Shown piece by piece: positions 27,175-35,180 of a DNA stretch of 64,000 bases. A program made the position numbers and the translations under genes. The stretch comes from a virus (taxonomy: Duplodnaviria; Heunggongvirae; Uroviricota; Caudoviricetes). Position 1 is the first letter of the stretch. Every line of letters starts with the position of its first letter. The notes beneath the pieces were generated by a model that had not been told where the DNA came from, did no database searches, and saw nothing but the letters and a program-made list of their open reading frames with translations. The stretch lies in the IMG/VR virus record IMGVR_UViG_3300044630_002233, positions 7,787-71,786 of that record; one strand, written 5' to 3'.

Positions 27175-27327
27175 AAGACTTAGGTGGTTGGGTTTTACCG
27201 TTTACCCATTCCCAATCTTCATCTGTCATTGGGATCCAATTAGTCAATTCTATTCCCCTTAGCATACGCAGCAGCTTTTGCTTTGCGTGCTTCGATAATT
27301 GACTCGATCATGACGTTGAAGAATGTC

Positions 27328-27834
27328 TTACAGAGTTTCAGCAGCTTTGTCATATGCTTCTTCCTGTAAGAGTTGTTTACCTTTACCTGTCTTTACTGGC
27401 ACTTTCTTTGCCTTTCTTTCTTCTGGTACTAATTGATCTAGAGCGATCTTTAGAATACCATTGAAAAGTTCAGCGTCTTTAACTTCATACTGATCGCCGA
27501 TAGCCCACGCACGTGTGAACGAACGATTAGCAATACCTTTGAACAAGTAATCAGTGCCCTCTGGTTCTACCGATTCAGAGTTACCCTTGACAACTAATTT
27601 GCCACCATCGATAGTAATGTCGATTTCATTTTGTGCGAAACCTGCTACAGCGATTTCAATCGTGTAGGTATTACCGTTCTTACGAACATTGAATGGTGGA
27701 TAGTTAGGGATATTCTTAGTGAGTTCGTCATGCAATGCTTGCATCTTTGAGAATTGCTCATCAAAGCCAACAAAGACTTTATCAAATTCTTTGAAGTGTT
27801 CACCAAAAATAGTTGGAATGAATTTGTGTACCAT
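27328..27834 (-). CDS. hsp20: small heat-shock protein Hsp20 (alpha-crystallin domain)
   Basis: IEIAVAGFAQNEIDITIDGGKLVVKGN alpha-crystallin core. The start is reassigned to the ATG at 27834, preceded by AGGAGAAAAAACT. The track ORF extends 38 codons further upstream. Confidence 0.75.
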   Translation of the reverse strand: MVHKFIPTIFGEHFKEFDKVFVGFDEQFSKMQALHDELTKNIPNYPPFNVRKNGNTYTIEIAVAGFAQNEIDITIDGGKLVVKGNSESVEPEGTDYLFKGIANRSFTRAWAIGDQYEVKDAELFNGILKIALDQLVPEERKAKKVPVKTGKGKQLLQEEAYDKAAETL

Positions 27835-28025
27835 AGTTTTTTCTCCTATTAAGCGAGTTGAAAAACTCTCAAGCAAATCCCCGAAGGCGAATTGAAGAGA
27901 GCCATATTTAAAATGCTGGTTACGAGATCCAGCGACATCGTGCGTCATGTCCGCTTTATCACGCTTCGTTCCATAGCGGTCCTAAGGTGAAGTCTTTACG
28001 TTCCCATCCCGATTGGGACATAAAC

Positions 28026-28033
28026 TATTTATA
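28026..28033 (-). promoter_or_regulatory. T4-type late promoter motif TATAAATA upstream of the long hsp20 leader
   Basis: Minus strand reads TATAAATA, about 190 nt upstream of the hsp20 ATG. Confidence 0.35.
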
Positions 28034-28058
28034 ATGAAAAACCCACCGAAGTGGGTTT
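28031..28058 (-). terminator. Intrinsic terminator (CCCAC-TTCG-GTGGG plus T run) after the pqqA-like gene
   Basis: Minus strand reads AAACCCACTTCGGTGGGTTTTTCATTAT. The plus strand is also followed by a T-rich stretch, so the hairpin may terminate in both directions. Confidence 0.6.
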
Positions 28059-28117
28059 CTCTATATGTTTTTTAAACGCAATCGCCCAAACTTTCGAGCC
28101 AGCGTTCCAAATCAGAC

Positions 28118-28195
28118 TTATCTGTTTGCAACATACATTGTTACTTCGAAACCGAAACGCATTTCAGTAGCTGCTGGTTTTGTCCACATAATCAT
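28118..28195 (-). CDS. pqqA: PqqA-like peptide (25 aa; candidate pyrroloquinoline-quinone precursor peptide)
   Basis: Hand translation gives MIMWTKPAATEMRFGFEVTMYVANR. The PqqA consensus is MW(T/K)KPA-x4-R-x-G-x-EVT-x-Y-x3-R, with conserved Glu and Tyr spaced E-x3-Y. A strong RBS, AAGGAG, lies 5 nt upstream, and a terminator hairpin follows directly downstream. The gene is below the 60-aa cutoff of the ORF track. Confidence 0.6.
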   Translation of the reverse strand: MIMWTKPAATEMRFGFEVTMYVANR

Positions 28196-28298
28196 TTCTC
28201 CTTAATTAAAGATACGGAAATATTATCCGTATAATTATATAGAAGAAAGAACAAAAAACACGCTAATGAAAATCATTAGTTTGAGGTAACTGAAACCT

Positions 28299-28715
28299 TT
28301 ATTTCTTCTTACCGATATTGTACTTTGGAACAAGTTCCCAGTCATCTTTTTCTTTGTAAGAGACAACTTTAATTTGAGAAAGGGATGCTTGCGGTTCAGC
28401 TTTGGCTGGATGTAAAATCTTTAATAGACCCCAATCCGCCAACAACTTTGCAATAGTATTTCTTCGCTCAATATCGTTTGATGTGATATTAGATTCTTTG
28501 CCATCTAACGCAAAGAGTTCTTTGAAATGGACAATGAAGTATCTACCTTGCTTATGTAATATGTGGCAAGATTGATAAAGTTTCTTGTCTTTTCTTGATG
28601 CGATTCCGATTCGTGTTAGAGTTTCACGAATCTTTAAGAAATTGTCTGGTTCGTCTAATAGGACTTCCAACATAGAGTCGGCTGTCCAATCATAATAGAT
28701 CATCTCAACGGTCAT
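28299..28715 (-). CDS. regA: translational repressor RegA
   Basis: FLKIRETLTRIGIASRKDKKLYQSCHILHKQGRYFIVHFKE is closely parallel to T4 RegA (FLKVKETLTRMGIANNKDKVLYQSCHILQKKG). The gene is positioned next to gene 62 as in T4. Confidence 0.8.
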   Translation of the reverse strand: MTVEMIYYDWTADSMLEVLLDEPDNFLKIRETLTRIGIASRKDKKLYQSCHILHKQGRYFIVHFKELFALDGKESNITSNDIERRNTIAKLLADWGLLKILHPAKAEPQASLSQIKVVSYKEKDDWELVPKYNIGKKK

Positions 28716-29101
28716 TATCTTCCACCTTTGTTTAATCGTTCTTCAATATTTTTCAATTGGTCTTGAGTTAGTAAACTCAAAGCCACTGTCGCTTTTTCAC
28801 TAGAGTAGCCATAGTACTCCATGACCAAGGAAAGATCTTTGGACACATCTGCTTTGTGCCACTTTGAGAATCTTTTTTTCTTGGTAATACTATTTAGTAA
28901 ATATTGAAATTGCCATTTCTTAGGTGCGTCGTAAAGACGATTCATCTCGTTTGCCTGCATAACTGTATCGGCAAAGTAGGATAAACCTTTATTGACCATA
29001 AAAGCATTATACTCTTTTACGTTCTGAGGATCTTTCTCCAGTAGATCTTCTTTGGTTAGATTGATAGCGTTGAGGAAGTCAAATGGGGATAATTTACTCA
29101 T
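28715..29101 (-). CDS. 62: clamp-loader small subunit (gp62-like)
   Basis: FQYLLNSITKKKRFSKWHKA resembles T4 gp62 FNYLMAAVPRGKRYGKWAKL. It lies between regA and gene 44. Confidence 0.5.
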   Translation of the reverse strand: MSKLSPFDFLNAINLTKEDLLEKDPQNVKEYNAFMVNKGLSYFADTVMQANEMNRLYDAPKKWQFQYLLNSITKKKRFSKWHKADVSKDLSLVMEYYGYSSEKATVALSLLTQDQLKNIEERLNKGGR

Positions 29102-29423
29102 TATGAAACCCCACTTGTCTTAGGTTTTCTTCGTTGGCTGCAAACTTCTTATCAGGAAATCTTTCTTTTAAGATTCTAGCGATCTCATTTTTGTTCTTAC
29201 CCTGTGCCATGAATGATGAGTCATCTTCGTTATAAACAAAGAAAGTATCATTAACCCTTTCAACCTTTACACGAATAGTATTCTCTTTCTCATGTTCCTC
29301 AAAGGCATCCATAAGTCCATCAAGTTTTTTGATGGCTTCTCGTTCACGTGCTTCATAACCACGTTTGAATCCTGTAAGATACACCAATGCTACAATAATA
29401 GCCATAACAAAAAATTCAAGCAT
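29094..29423 (-). CDS. hypothetical membrane protein (109 aa, N-terminal TM)
   Basis: Hydrophobic N-terminus MLEFFVMAIIVALVYLTGF. Confidence 0.4.
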   Translation of the reverse strand: MLEFFVMAIIVALVYLTGFKRGYEAREREAIKKLDGLMDAFEEHEKENTIRVKVERVNDTFFVYNEDDSSFMAQGKNKNEIARILKERFPDKKFAANEENLRQVGFHNE

Positions 29424-29430
29424 GATTACC

Positions 29431-30426
29431 TCACTTAAACTTACATGATGTCATAATCTCCGTCATCGCTGCCATGGTATTAAGTTCTTGGTTGGCAACA
29501 AAAGCAGACTTGTATTGATAGTCCGCAAGAATAACAACAAGTTGGGGGATACTTTTTGGTTCAACATATTCTGACGCAGTAGTATATAGTTGGTCAAATA
29601 AACCAGCTGTATCCATATCAGAATTACGTGCGACCCATTTGCGCACTTCGTTGAAGTTCATACCCTTAAGATTGGCAATTAGATCTTTGAATGATTCTTC
29701 AGAAACACTTGACAGAATATCTGCATCGATAGTTCCGCTAACACTGTATCGTTGTAGTTCATTAAGAATACGACGATAGTCAGGGAAGTGCTTCATAATC
29801 AATTCAGCAACTACCTTAGAATCAAAAGCAACTTTCTCTTCCGTAAGGATAGCAGAAACTCTCTTGAAGAATTTACCAGCGATCTCTTGCTTTTCTTTTG
29901 CGTCAATCTTAAACTCTACAACAGCACAACGACTGTGTAGTGGTTCAATGATTCTATTTTTAAAGTTACATGTAAAGATGAATCGGCAGTTATTAGAAAA
30001 CTCTTCGATAAATGCACGCAACGCAGGTTGAACAGAATCAGCATTCATATAATCTGCTTCATCAATAATAACAACACGCTTTCTTGCGTCAAGAGAAACT
30101 GCTGCTGCGAAAGAAGTGATTGTAGTTCGCAGAGTGTCAATCTTACGCCCTTCATCTGAACCATTGATCACAATATACTCAGCACCAACTTCATTACATA
30201 GTGCCTTCGCTGCTGTCGTTTTACCTGTACCTGCTGAACCGCAGAACAGGAAGTTTGGAAGTTCACCAGATTGGATAAACTCTTTGAATGTATTTTTCAA
30301 ACCTTCAGGCAAAATACAATCATCAATTTTTTGTGGGCGATATTTCTCAACCCATAGATACTGCTCACGTTCACTCATAATATTAGTTTCTTTCAAAGTC
30401 AAAAAGTGTTGCTCTATTTTTATCAC
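29431..30426 (-). CDS. 44: clamp loader large subunit (gp44, RFC-like AAA+)
   Basis: Walker A GSAGTGKTT, DEAD-like VIIDEADY, and the SRC-like motif of RFC-family clamp loaders. Confidence 0.85.
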   Translation of the reverse strand: MIKIEQHFLTLKETNIMSEREQYLWVEKYRPQKIDDCILPEGLKNTFKEFIQSGELPNFLFCGSAGTGKTTAAKALCNEVGAEYIVINGSDEGRKIDTLRTTITSFAAAVSLDARKRVVIIDEADYMNADSVQPALRAFIEEFSNNCRFIFTCNFKNRIIEPLHSRCAVVEFKIDAKEKQEIAGKFFKRVSAILTEEKVAFDSKVVAELIMKHFPDYRRILNELQRYSVSGTIDADILSSVSEESFKDLIANLKGMNFNEVRKWVARNSDMDTAGLFDQLYTTASEYVEPKSIPQLVVILADYQYKSAFVANQELNTMAAMTEIMTSCKFK

Positions 30427-30706
30427 GCTTACGTGCTATTTGTAGACGTTCACGTCGTTTCCGATCACGGTCTTTTTGCATTTTAACACGGGCATCCCAA
30501 GCAAGAGCGCAAATAGGTTCAACATCATTTGCGTGTTTACGTTTGGTTTTGTCTTTCATATAAAATTCGCCGAGTGGCAAAAACTTCTTATACGCTTTAC
30601 ACCAAGAAACAGCACGTGTTTTGTTTCCATCCATGTCAGTAACCCACATGTCTCTAGCTCTCTCACGTGTAACAGTAGATGTGTTTTCACTTCGTTTGTG
30701 TGTCAT
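30383..30706 (-). CDS. hypothetical basic protein (107 aa)
   Basis: Arg/Lys-rich ORF between genes 45 and 44, overlapping gene 44 by about 44 nt. Confidence 0.35.
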   Translation of the reverse strand: MTHKRSENTSTVTRERARDMWVTDMDGNKTRAVSWCKAYKKFLPLGEFYMKDKTKRKHANDVEPICALAWDARVKMQKDRDRKRRERLQIARKRDKNRATLFDFERN

Positions 30707-30728
30707 AATATAGATCCATAATAAAGTA

Positions 30729-30746
30729 AGGGGAGTTTCCTCCCCT
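30729..30746 (-). terminator. Stem-loop (AGGGGAG-AAA-CTCCCCT) immediately after the gene 45 stop
   Basis: 7-bp GC-rich inverted repeat; the minus strand is followed by a T-rich stretch, TACTTTATTAT. Confidence 0.45.
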
Positions 30747-30750
30747 GTGT

Positions 30751-31413
30751 TTAGAAGTCGAATGTAGTATCTGCTTCAACTGCTACGTAGTAAACAAGGT
30801 CACTACCTGTTGCTTTAAAGCGAGAGATTTTCTTCTTAGAAACAGAAACCGAATAATCTCCTGGCAACATTTTTAGGTTTTCAACTTTCAAGAATACATT
30901 GAATGACTTGTCAGTTGCACCAAGTTCAAGCGAATAGGTATTTAGTGCTGGGTTCTTTTTGTCAAGAACAGTTGCGGTGATCTTTGAACCATCACCAGAA
31001 ATAGATAGGTCGCTACCACGAAGAATAGAAGATGTCTTCTGAATCATCGCAAGGTTAGATGCACTCACATTAAAGTCAATGTCGCTGTCAGGAAAAACAA
31101 TTTCCTTTTGCGGTGATGTTAAAACTGAAGCATCTGCTGCGCCAAACTTGATACTGTTTTTATCTTGTTTGATTTTAACATCTGTACCACTGAACGCAAA
31201 ATCTGGATCCTCAAATAATGATACTGCGCCAAGGAACTCATTCAAATCATAGATACCAAAGTCATTTGGGAATGATTCGTCAACGGTTACACTTGCCATA
31301 ACATTCTTATGGGCAGTGATAGTAGCAAGTCGATTGCCTTGCTTAATCATCAAGTTTGGATTGATATTTGCGAAATTCTTTAGCAACTCAATCGTCTTTT
31401 TACTAATTTTCAT
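30751..31413 (-). CDS. 45: sliding clamp (gp45)
   Basis: MKISKKTIELLKNFANINPNLMIKQG parallels the T4 gp45 N-terminus. The size, 220 aa, fits, and the gene sits beside genes 44 and 62. Confidence 0.8.
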   Translation of the reverse strand: MKISKKTIELLKNFANINPNLMIKQGNRLATITAHKNVMASVTVDESFPNDFGIYDLNEFLGAVSLFEDPDFAFSGTDVKIKQDKNSIKFGAADASVLTSPQKEIVFPDSDIDFNVSASNLAMIQKTSSILRGSDLSISGDGSKITATVLDKKNPALNTYSLELGATDKSFNVFLKVENLKMLPGDYSVSVSKKKISRFKATGSDLVYYVAVEADTTFDF

Positions 31414-31453
31414 TTGTTTCTCCTGTCAATAAACTCATAACTATGTATATAAA

Positions 31454-31482
31454 ATTATACCTCATTTTGACTCACTTGTCAA
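31454..31482 (-). promoter_or_regulatory. Early sigma70-like promoter (TTGACA-N17-TATAAT) for gene 45
   Basis: Minus strand reads TTGACAAGTGAGTCAAAATGAGGTATAAT. Confidence 0.6.
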
Positions 31483-31595
31483 ATTTTTTTCTTGCTTACG
31501 TTCGATAGGTGGTGGAAAGTAGGGTTCAATTATGTAATGTTGAGCACCCCACCATCCAAACGCACTAAAGAATCCCCAAAGAATGACTTCCGCAA

Positions 31596-32390
31596 TCATT
31601 TCAGCATCAGAGCATTAAAGTTTGCAGGAACTACAATAGTTTGCACCTTACCATTCTTAATGCCTTCTGAAATATTCAATGCAGCCTGAGCATTCATAAA
31701 CGCAATAGAACTAGCAGAGTTGTTTGCTAGAGCAGCCATACGTTCAGCTTCTTTCTTAGCAGTCTGCACTTCTACTTCCTTCTGTTTGTATTCGTTCTTT
31801 GCACGAACAAGAGCATTGGCAGATTCTACAACAGAGTCAGCAGGAACTACATTACGAATCAAAACCTGAGAGATGGTAATAGAACCATCCAACTTTTCTT
31901 CAGCCAGATTCTTTTGAATCTCTTCACGAATAATGGTCTCCATAGCCTCACGATTGTCTGCCATATCAAGTGCTTCATACTTACGTGCAGCTTTGTAAAT
32001 AGCATTACGTGCATTTTGAACAATGTAGTTATACATTACATAAGTGTCGCCTTTCGCTTCAGCATGGAAAGATTTATTCTTTGTAGAATAAAGTTCAGCG
32101 ACTTGCTGAGGGTTGATGTTATAAACAACCACAGCATCTACGTCTTTCATAGTAGAGTTGTCTTTAGCAACAGGAGTCATATTCTCCAGCACCACGTTCA
32201 CATCCTTAACTGGGAAAGTCAGAACATCACCAATCAAGACTTGGTTGAAAGATCCAGGAAGCAGTTCTCCAGGTTTGACTTGTTTATCAAAGCCAACACG
32301 AACACCAACTTCACCTGTCTCAATACGAGTACAACCAGTTGCCAAAGCAACAGCAGCAACCAAAGCAGAGATTTTAAATACGCTTTTCAT
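31596..32390 (-). CDS. SPFH/band-7 (prohibitin/stomatin-like) lipoprotein
   Basis: Lipoprotein signal MKSVFKISALVAAVALATGC and an SPFH-like body with a coiled-coil C-terminus. Start reassigned to the ATG at 32390, preceded by AAAGGAAA. Confidence 0.6.
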   Translation of the reverse strand: MKSVFKISALVAAVALATGCTRIETGEVGVRVGFDKQVKPGELLPGSFNQVLIGDVLTFPVKDVNVVLENMTPVAKDNSTMKDVDAVVVYNINPQQVAELYSTKNKSFHAEAKGDTYVMYNYIVQNARNAIYKAARKYEALDMADNREAMETIIREEIQKNLAEEKLDGSITISQVLIRNVVPADSVVESANALVRAKNEYKQKEVEVQTAKKEAERMAALANNSASSIAFMNAQAALNISEGIKNGKVQTIVVPANFNALMLK

Positions 32391-32402
32391 AATCAATTTC
32401 CT

Positions 32403-32579
32403 TTAAAACAAAACAACAAGAGTGGTAAGAACAATAATAACAAGAAGGGAAATGCCAACACTATATGCTGCCATCTTAACTACTTTCCATTGTTCTTTCT
32501 TTGTAAACTTTCTGAATAGATCTATACTGATAAAGAAAATAACAAAGAGAGAAATAAAAGCCAGAATTATTTTAATCAT
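32403..32579 (-). CDS. small two-TM membrane protein (58 aa), NfeD-like partner of the SPFH protein
   Basis: Hand translation gives MIKIILAFISLFVIFFISIDLFRKFTKKEQWKVVKMAAYSVGISLLVIIVLTTLVVLF. Its ATG overlaps the upstream stop (ATGA). Not in the ORF track. Confidence 0.45.
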   Translation of the reverse strand: MIKIILAFISLFVIFFISIDLFRKFTKKEQWKVVKMAAYSVGISLLVIIVLTTLVVLF

Positions 32580-32914
32580 TTTGAATCCTTTGAATATTTC
32601 ACATCGTGCTCATATAAGAACATTAAGCAACACATTGCATGTGCCAAGTGGTTCTTGCCAGTTTCTGGATCATTTTGCTCACCTTCTTTCCATGCCCAAA
32701 GGTGTCTTTGCATTGCGTCAAAGTACCTGCGCTTGGAATCAGGAACATGCTTCCAGTTATCTGGTTCATACTTCTCTGCGCCAAATGTTAGAATCTCTAC
32801 AGTGGCTTTTAATGCAAGCGGAGGGACTAAACCATATTGGAGTTTACCACCGTCAAACTTGCGACCACCTGTTGTTGCGTTTTGTGATTTTTTAACTTCT
32901 TCTTTAGTAGCCAT
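32576..32914 (-). CDS. conserved phage protein (112 aa), nucleotide-pyrophosphohydrolase-associated domain family
   Basis: FDGGKLQYGLVPPLALKATVEILTFGAEKYEPDNW is a motif I recall from phage proteins that are often fused to MazG-type domains. Confidence 0.35.
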   Translation of the reverse strand: MATKEEVKKSQNATTGGRKFDGGKLQYGLVPPLALKATVEILTFGAEKYEPDNWKHVPDSKRRYFDAMQRHLWAWKEGEQNDPETGKNHLAHAMCCLMFLYEHDVKYSKDSK

Positions 32915-32915
32915 A

Positions 32916-33131
32916 TTACCTCAACAAAAACAAATGAATGATAACAAAATAATCTACAACTATCATAAATGAGTATTGGAGTTTTAACCTAAAGTCTTTC
33001 ATCTCTGCCGAGAGAATTAACAATATAGTATGAGCACTTAAGAATGCCCATATCCACATTGGACTGTTAGTTGATATTAAGATTAACCCACCAATTATGT
33101 AAAGCCATGTACTGCACCATCGAGCAAACAA
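32916..33131 (-). CDS. hypothetical membrane protein (71 aa)
   Basis: Two hydrophobic helices. Confidence 0.35.
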   Translation of the reverse strand: MFARWCSTWLYIIGGLILISTNSPMWIWAFLSAHTILLILSAEMKDFRLKLQYSFMIVVDYFVIIHLFLLR

Positions 33132-33157
33132 TCATCACATCCTCAAAATGAAAATAA

Positions 33158-33185
33158 GTCTGGATACTCCGAAGAATATCCAGAC
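33158..33185 (-). terminator. Intrinsic terminator (GTCTGGATA-loop-TATCCAGAC plus T-rich tail)
   Basis: 9-bp inverted repeat; the minus strand is followed by TTATTTTCATTTTGAGG. Confidence 0.5.
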
Positions 33186-33194
33186 GTATCTCAC

Positions 33195-33452
33195 TTATCG
33201 AGTGAAAATCGCAGCACCGTAAATACGGTTAGCCAAAGCAACCATACGGCGATTTGGTTTACCGAGACGATACTTAACTACTTCGCTACCAGTGCTGAGT
33301 TTAGCACGGTTGCCATACACGCAATAACCTTGCTCACGCAAGTTACGGATAGCAGAAGCTGGGTGAGCAATACCGAAAGAAGCAGAGATTTGCTTAGCAG
33401 TAAATGCCTTACCCTTTTCAAGATGGGTTAGCAACAGATCTTGTTTAGACAT
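33195..33452 (-). CDS. putative HTH DNA-binding protein (85 aa)
   Basis: TAKQISASFGIAHPASAIRNLREQGY is helix-turn-helix-like. Start reassigned to the internal ATG at 33452, which has a GGAG RBS. The longer track ORF would run through an upstream terminator hairpin. Confidence 0.45.
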   Translation of the reverse strand: MSKQDLLLTHLEKGKAFTAKQISASFGIAHPASAIRNLREQGYCVYGNRAKLSTGSEVVKYRLGKPNRRMVALANRIYGAAIFTR

Positions 33453-33477
33453 ATTAAGTCTCCATAATAAAGCCATC

Positions 33478-33516
33478 ATAAAAAAAGCTGGGGCGACGAT
33501 GGCAGATAATCGCCCC
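33478..33516 (-). terminator. Intrinsic terminator (GGGGCGA-loop-TCGCCCC plus T7)
   Basis: Minus strand reads GGGGCGATTATCTGCCATCGTCGCCCCAGCTTTTTTTATG. Confidence 0.55.
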
Positions 33517-33536
33517 AACTAAAAACTCAAGTTCGA

Positions 33537-33896
33537 TTAAACTTGAATACCGTTTTCACGCAACTCGGCGAGAAATTCTTCTTCGTTGGCTTCCTCAACA
33601 GGATCGCTTTCATTGAGAATCTTTTGTAGTTTAGACTTCTCAAGAGCAGTTGTTTCCCCAGTAGAGTTGGGTCCAGGGAAAGCCAAAAGACCACGTTGGA
33701 TTTGGTTATGCTTTGACAGCCAGTGTGGGTAACCAATTTTTACGCCACCATCACCACGCTTTGCGTAGATTTCTTGCCAGATATAGTACATATCTTTAGA
33801 TGCAAGGGTGTCAGCCGAAGCAAGTTCGGGACGATGCTCAACGAAGGCATCGATACAACGCTTTTGTCCTTTAGAGAGATCAGAATATTTCAACAT
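33537..33896 (-). CDS. hypothetical protein (119 aa)
   Basis: ORF with an AGGAG RBS downstream of an early promoter. Confidence 0.45.
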   Translation of the reverse strand: MLKYSDLSKGQKRCIDAFVEHRPELASADTLASKDMYYIWQEIYAKRGDGGVKIGYPHWLSKHNQIQRGLLAFPGPNSTGETTALEKSKLQKILNESDPVEEANEEEFLAELRENGIQV

Positions 33897-33942
33897 AATA
33901 TAAACTCCTGTGTGTTAGTGTGTTTTTCAAGACTACAATATA

Positions 33943-33971
33943 ATTATACCTGAACATTGATTAAATGTCAA
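33943..33971 (-). promoter_or_regulatory. Early sigma70-like promoter (TTGACA-N17-TATAAT)
   Basis: Minus strand reads TTGACATTTAATCAATGTTCAGGTATAAT; the -35 overlaps the cobS stop codon. Confidence 0.6.
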
Positions 33972-35143
33972 GCACTTGCAACTTCTTCAGAAGTTGTTTC
34001 TTGCAAGGGTTGTTCAACTTGCAACTCGCCAGAAGAAACCTTCTCGAACAAGTCATTAAATGCGATTCGAGTGGAGTCATCAAAACGATTGGTACAAAGC
34101 TCGATTGCCTTTTTCTGATTCTTAAAGATAGAGAAGGCACGAACAATATGAATCAAACGACGTGTAGTGATTGTTTCATCCACGCCACCAGCGTCAAACG
34201 TGCGACGGATAGCGTCTGCCCACTTGACCATGTTATCTGCAAAGTCTTCATCAATAGCATTGTAAGACTTCATCAGATTCATAATGATACGCTTTTCAAC
34301 CTTAGAATCTGGATATTCTTGGTTGAACGTAACCGCAAAACGCTCGAGGAACGCTTCGTTGAGTACGTTAGTACCGATGTAACGACCATCGTCACTACCC
34401 TTACCCTTTGTGTTAGCAGTAGCGAACACATTGAATCCAGGTGCGGGAACGATCATTTCGTTCTTAAGTTTGAAGTAATAGGGTTTGCCCTCGAGAATGG
34501 GTTGCAAACACAACAGGGTGTTAGCAGAGCCAGCGTCAATCTCATCAAGTAGCAGTACGGATCCTGTACGCATAGCGATGACGACTGGTCCTTCAACGAT
34601 CTCTACGTTGCCATTCACAAGGGTCTTAGTACCGATGAGTTGGTCTTCGTCAGTCATAGTGTTAAGGTTAACACGAATCAGAGCACGACGTTGCTTTGCG
34701 CAAATCTGCTCAATGGTAGTAGACTTACCGTTGCCAGTTGGACCCGAAATATAAGCAGGGTAAAATTGCTTTGACGAAATAATTTGTTCGAGGTCTTTGT
34801 GATTACCGAATGCGACATAGTTAGCATCCAAACGTGGGATGAGCGATTCAGTATCCGTAAAATCAACCACAACAGACTCCATTTTCTTTGCTGATGGTTC
34901 AGCGTATTCAGTTACAGGTTTGCGAGCCATAGGTTGTGTTACGGAACCTCCAGGGATCGCATAAAGTCCACGACCCAGTTGAGTTTGCATCAACCATAGT
35001 GGATGGAAAGGGTTACCCATCGATTCACGAACAGTCAACAGTTGACTGCGAGTAACAGTACCTGAAGTCTGAACATCGGGAAACATCTCAAAGAGTTTCT
35101 GCTCAAACTCAGCTTTTTGCGCTTCAGTAATTTTAGCCATCAT
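33968..35143 (-). CDS. cobS: CobS-like AAA+ ATPase (MoxR family; cobaltochelatase subunit homolog)
   Basis: Walker A GPTGNGKST, Walker B LLDEID, and sensor ATANTKGKG...GRYIGT. It is paired with a downstream CobT/VWA gene as in marine myophages. Confidence 0.7.
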   Translation of the reverse strand: MMAKITEAQKAEFEQKLFEMFPDVQTSGTVTRSQLLTVRESMGNPFHPLWLMQTQLGRGLYAIPGGSVTQPMARKPVTEYAEPSAKKMESVVVDFTDTESLIPRLDANYVAFGNHKDLEQIISSKQFYPAYISGPTGNGKSTTIEQICAKQRRALIRVNLNTMTDEDQLIGTKTLVNGNVEIVEGPVVIAMRTGSVLLLDEIDAGSANTLLCLQPILEGKPYYFKLKNEMIVPAPGFNVFATANTKGKGSDDGRYIGTNVLNEAFLERFAVTFNQEYPDSKVEKRIIMNLMKSYNAIDEDFADNMVKWADAIRRTFDAGGVDETITTRRLIHIVRAFSIFKNQKKAIELCTNRFDDSTRIAFNDLFEKVSSGELQVEQPLQETTSEEVASA

Positions 35144-35180
35144 TCACTCCATTCATCATAAAAGTATTTCGCATAAGATA

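Noticed and set aside
27175-27327. Two mini-ORFs on the minus strand (MIESIIEARKAKAAAYAKGNRID and MTDEDWEWVNGKTQPPKS).
   Set aside because: No RBS and very short; likely non-coding spacer.
27835-27948. The 38-codon N-terminal extension of the Hsp20 track ORF (MTHDVAGSRNQ...).
   Set aside because: The internal ATG at 27834 has a perfect AGGAGA RBS and aligns with the start of the alpha-crystallin fold. The extension lies in the structured leader.
27835-28300. A tRNA gene in the hsp20 / pqqA intergenic regions; T4-like phages often carry tRNAs.
   Set aside because: No GTTCGA-type T-loop with a matching 7-bp acceptor stem could be found by eye in any intergenic gap over 80 nt. A tRNAscan-SE run is still advisable.
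33453-33518. The N-terminal 22 codons of the 107-aa ORF at 33195..33518.
   Set aside because: This stretch is occupied by a GC-stem plus T7 intrinsic terminator belonging to the upstream gene. The internal ATG at 33452 has a GGAG RBS.
33968-35143. Possible PhoH, from the P-loop GPTGNGKST.
   Set aside because: The LLDEID Walker B, the ATANTKGKG sensor, the length and the adjacency to a VWA/CobT gene fit CobS (MoxR-type AAA+), not PhoH.
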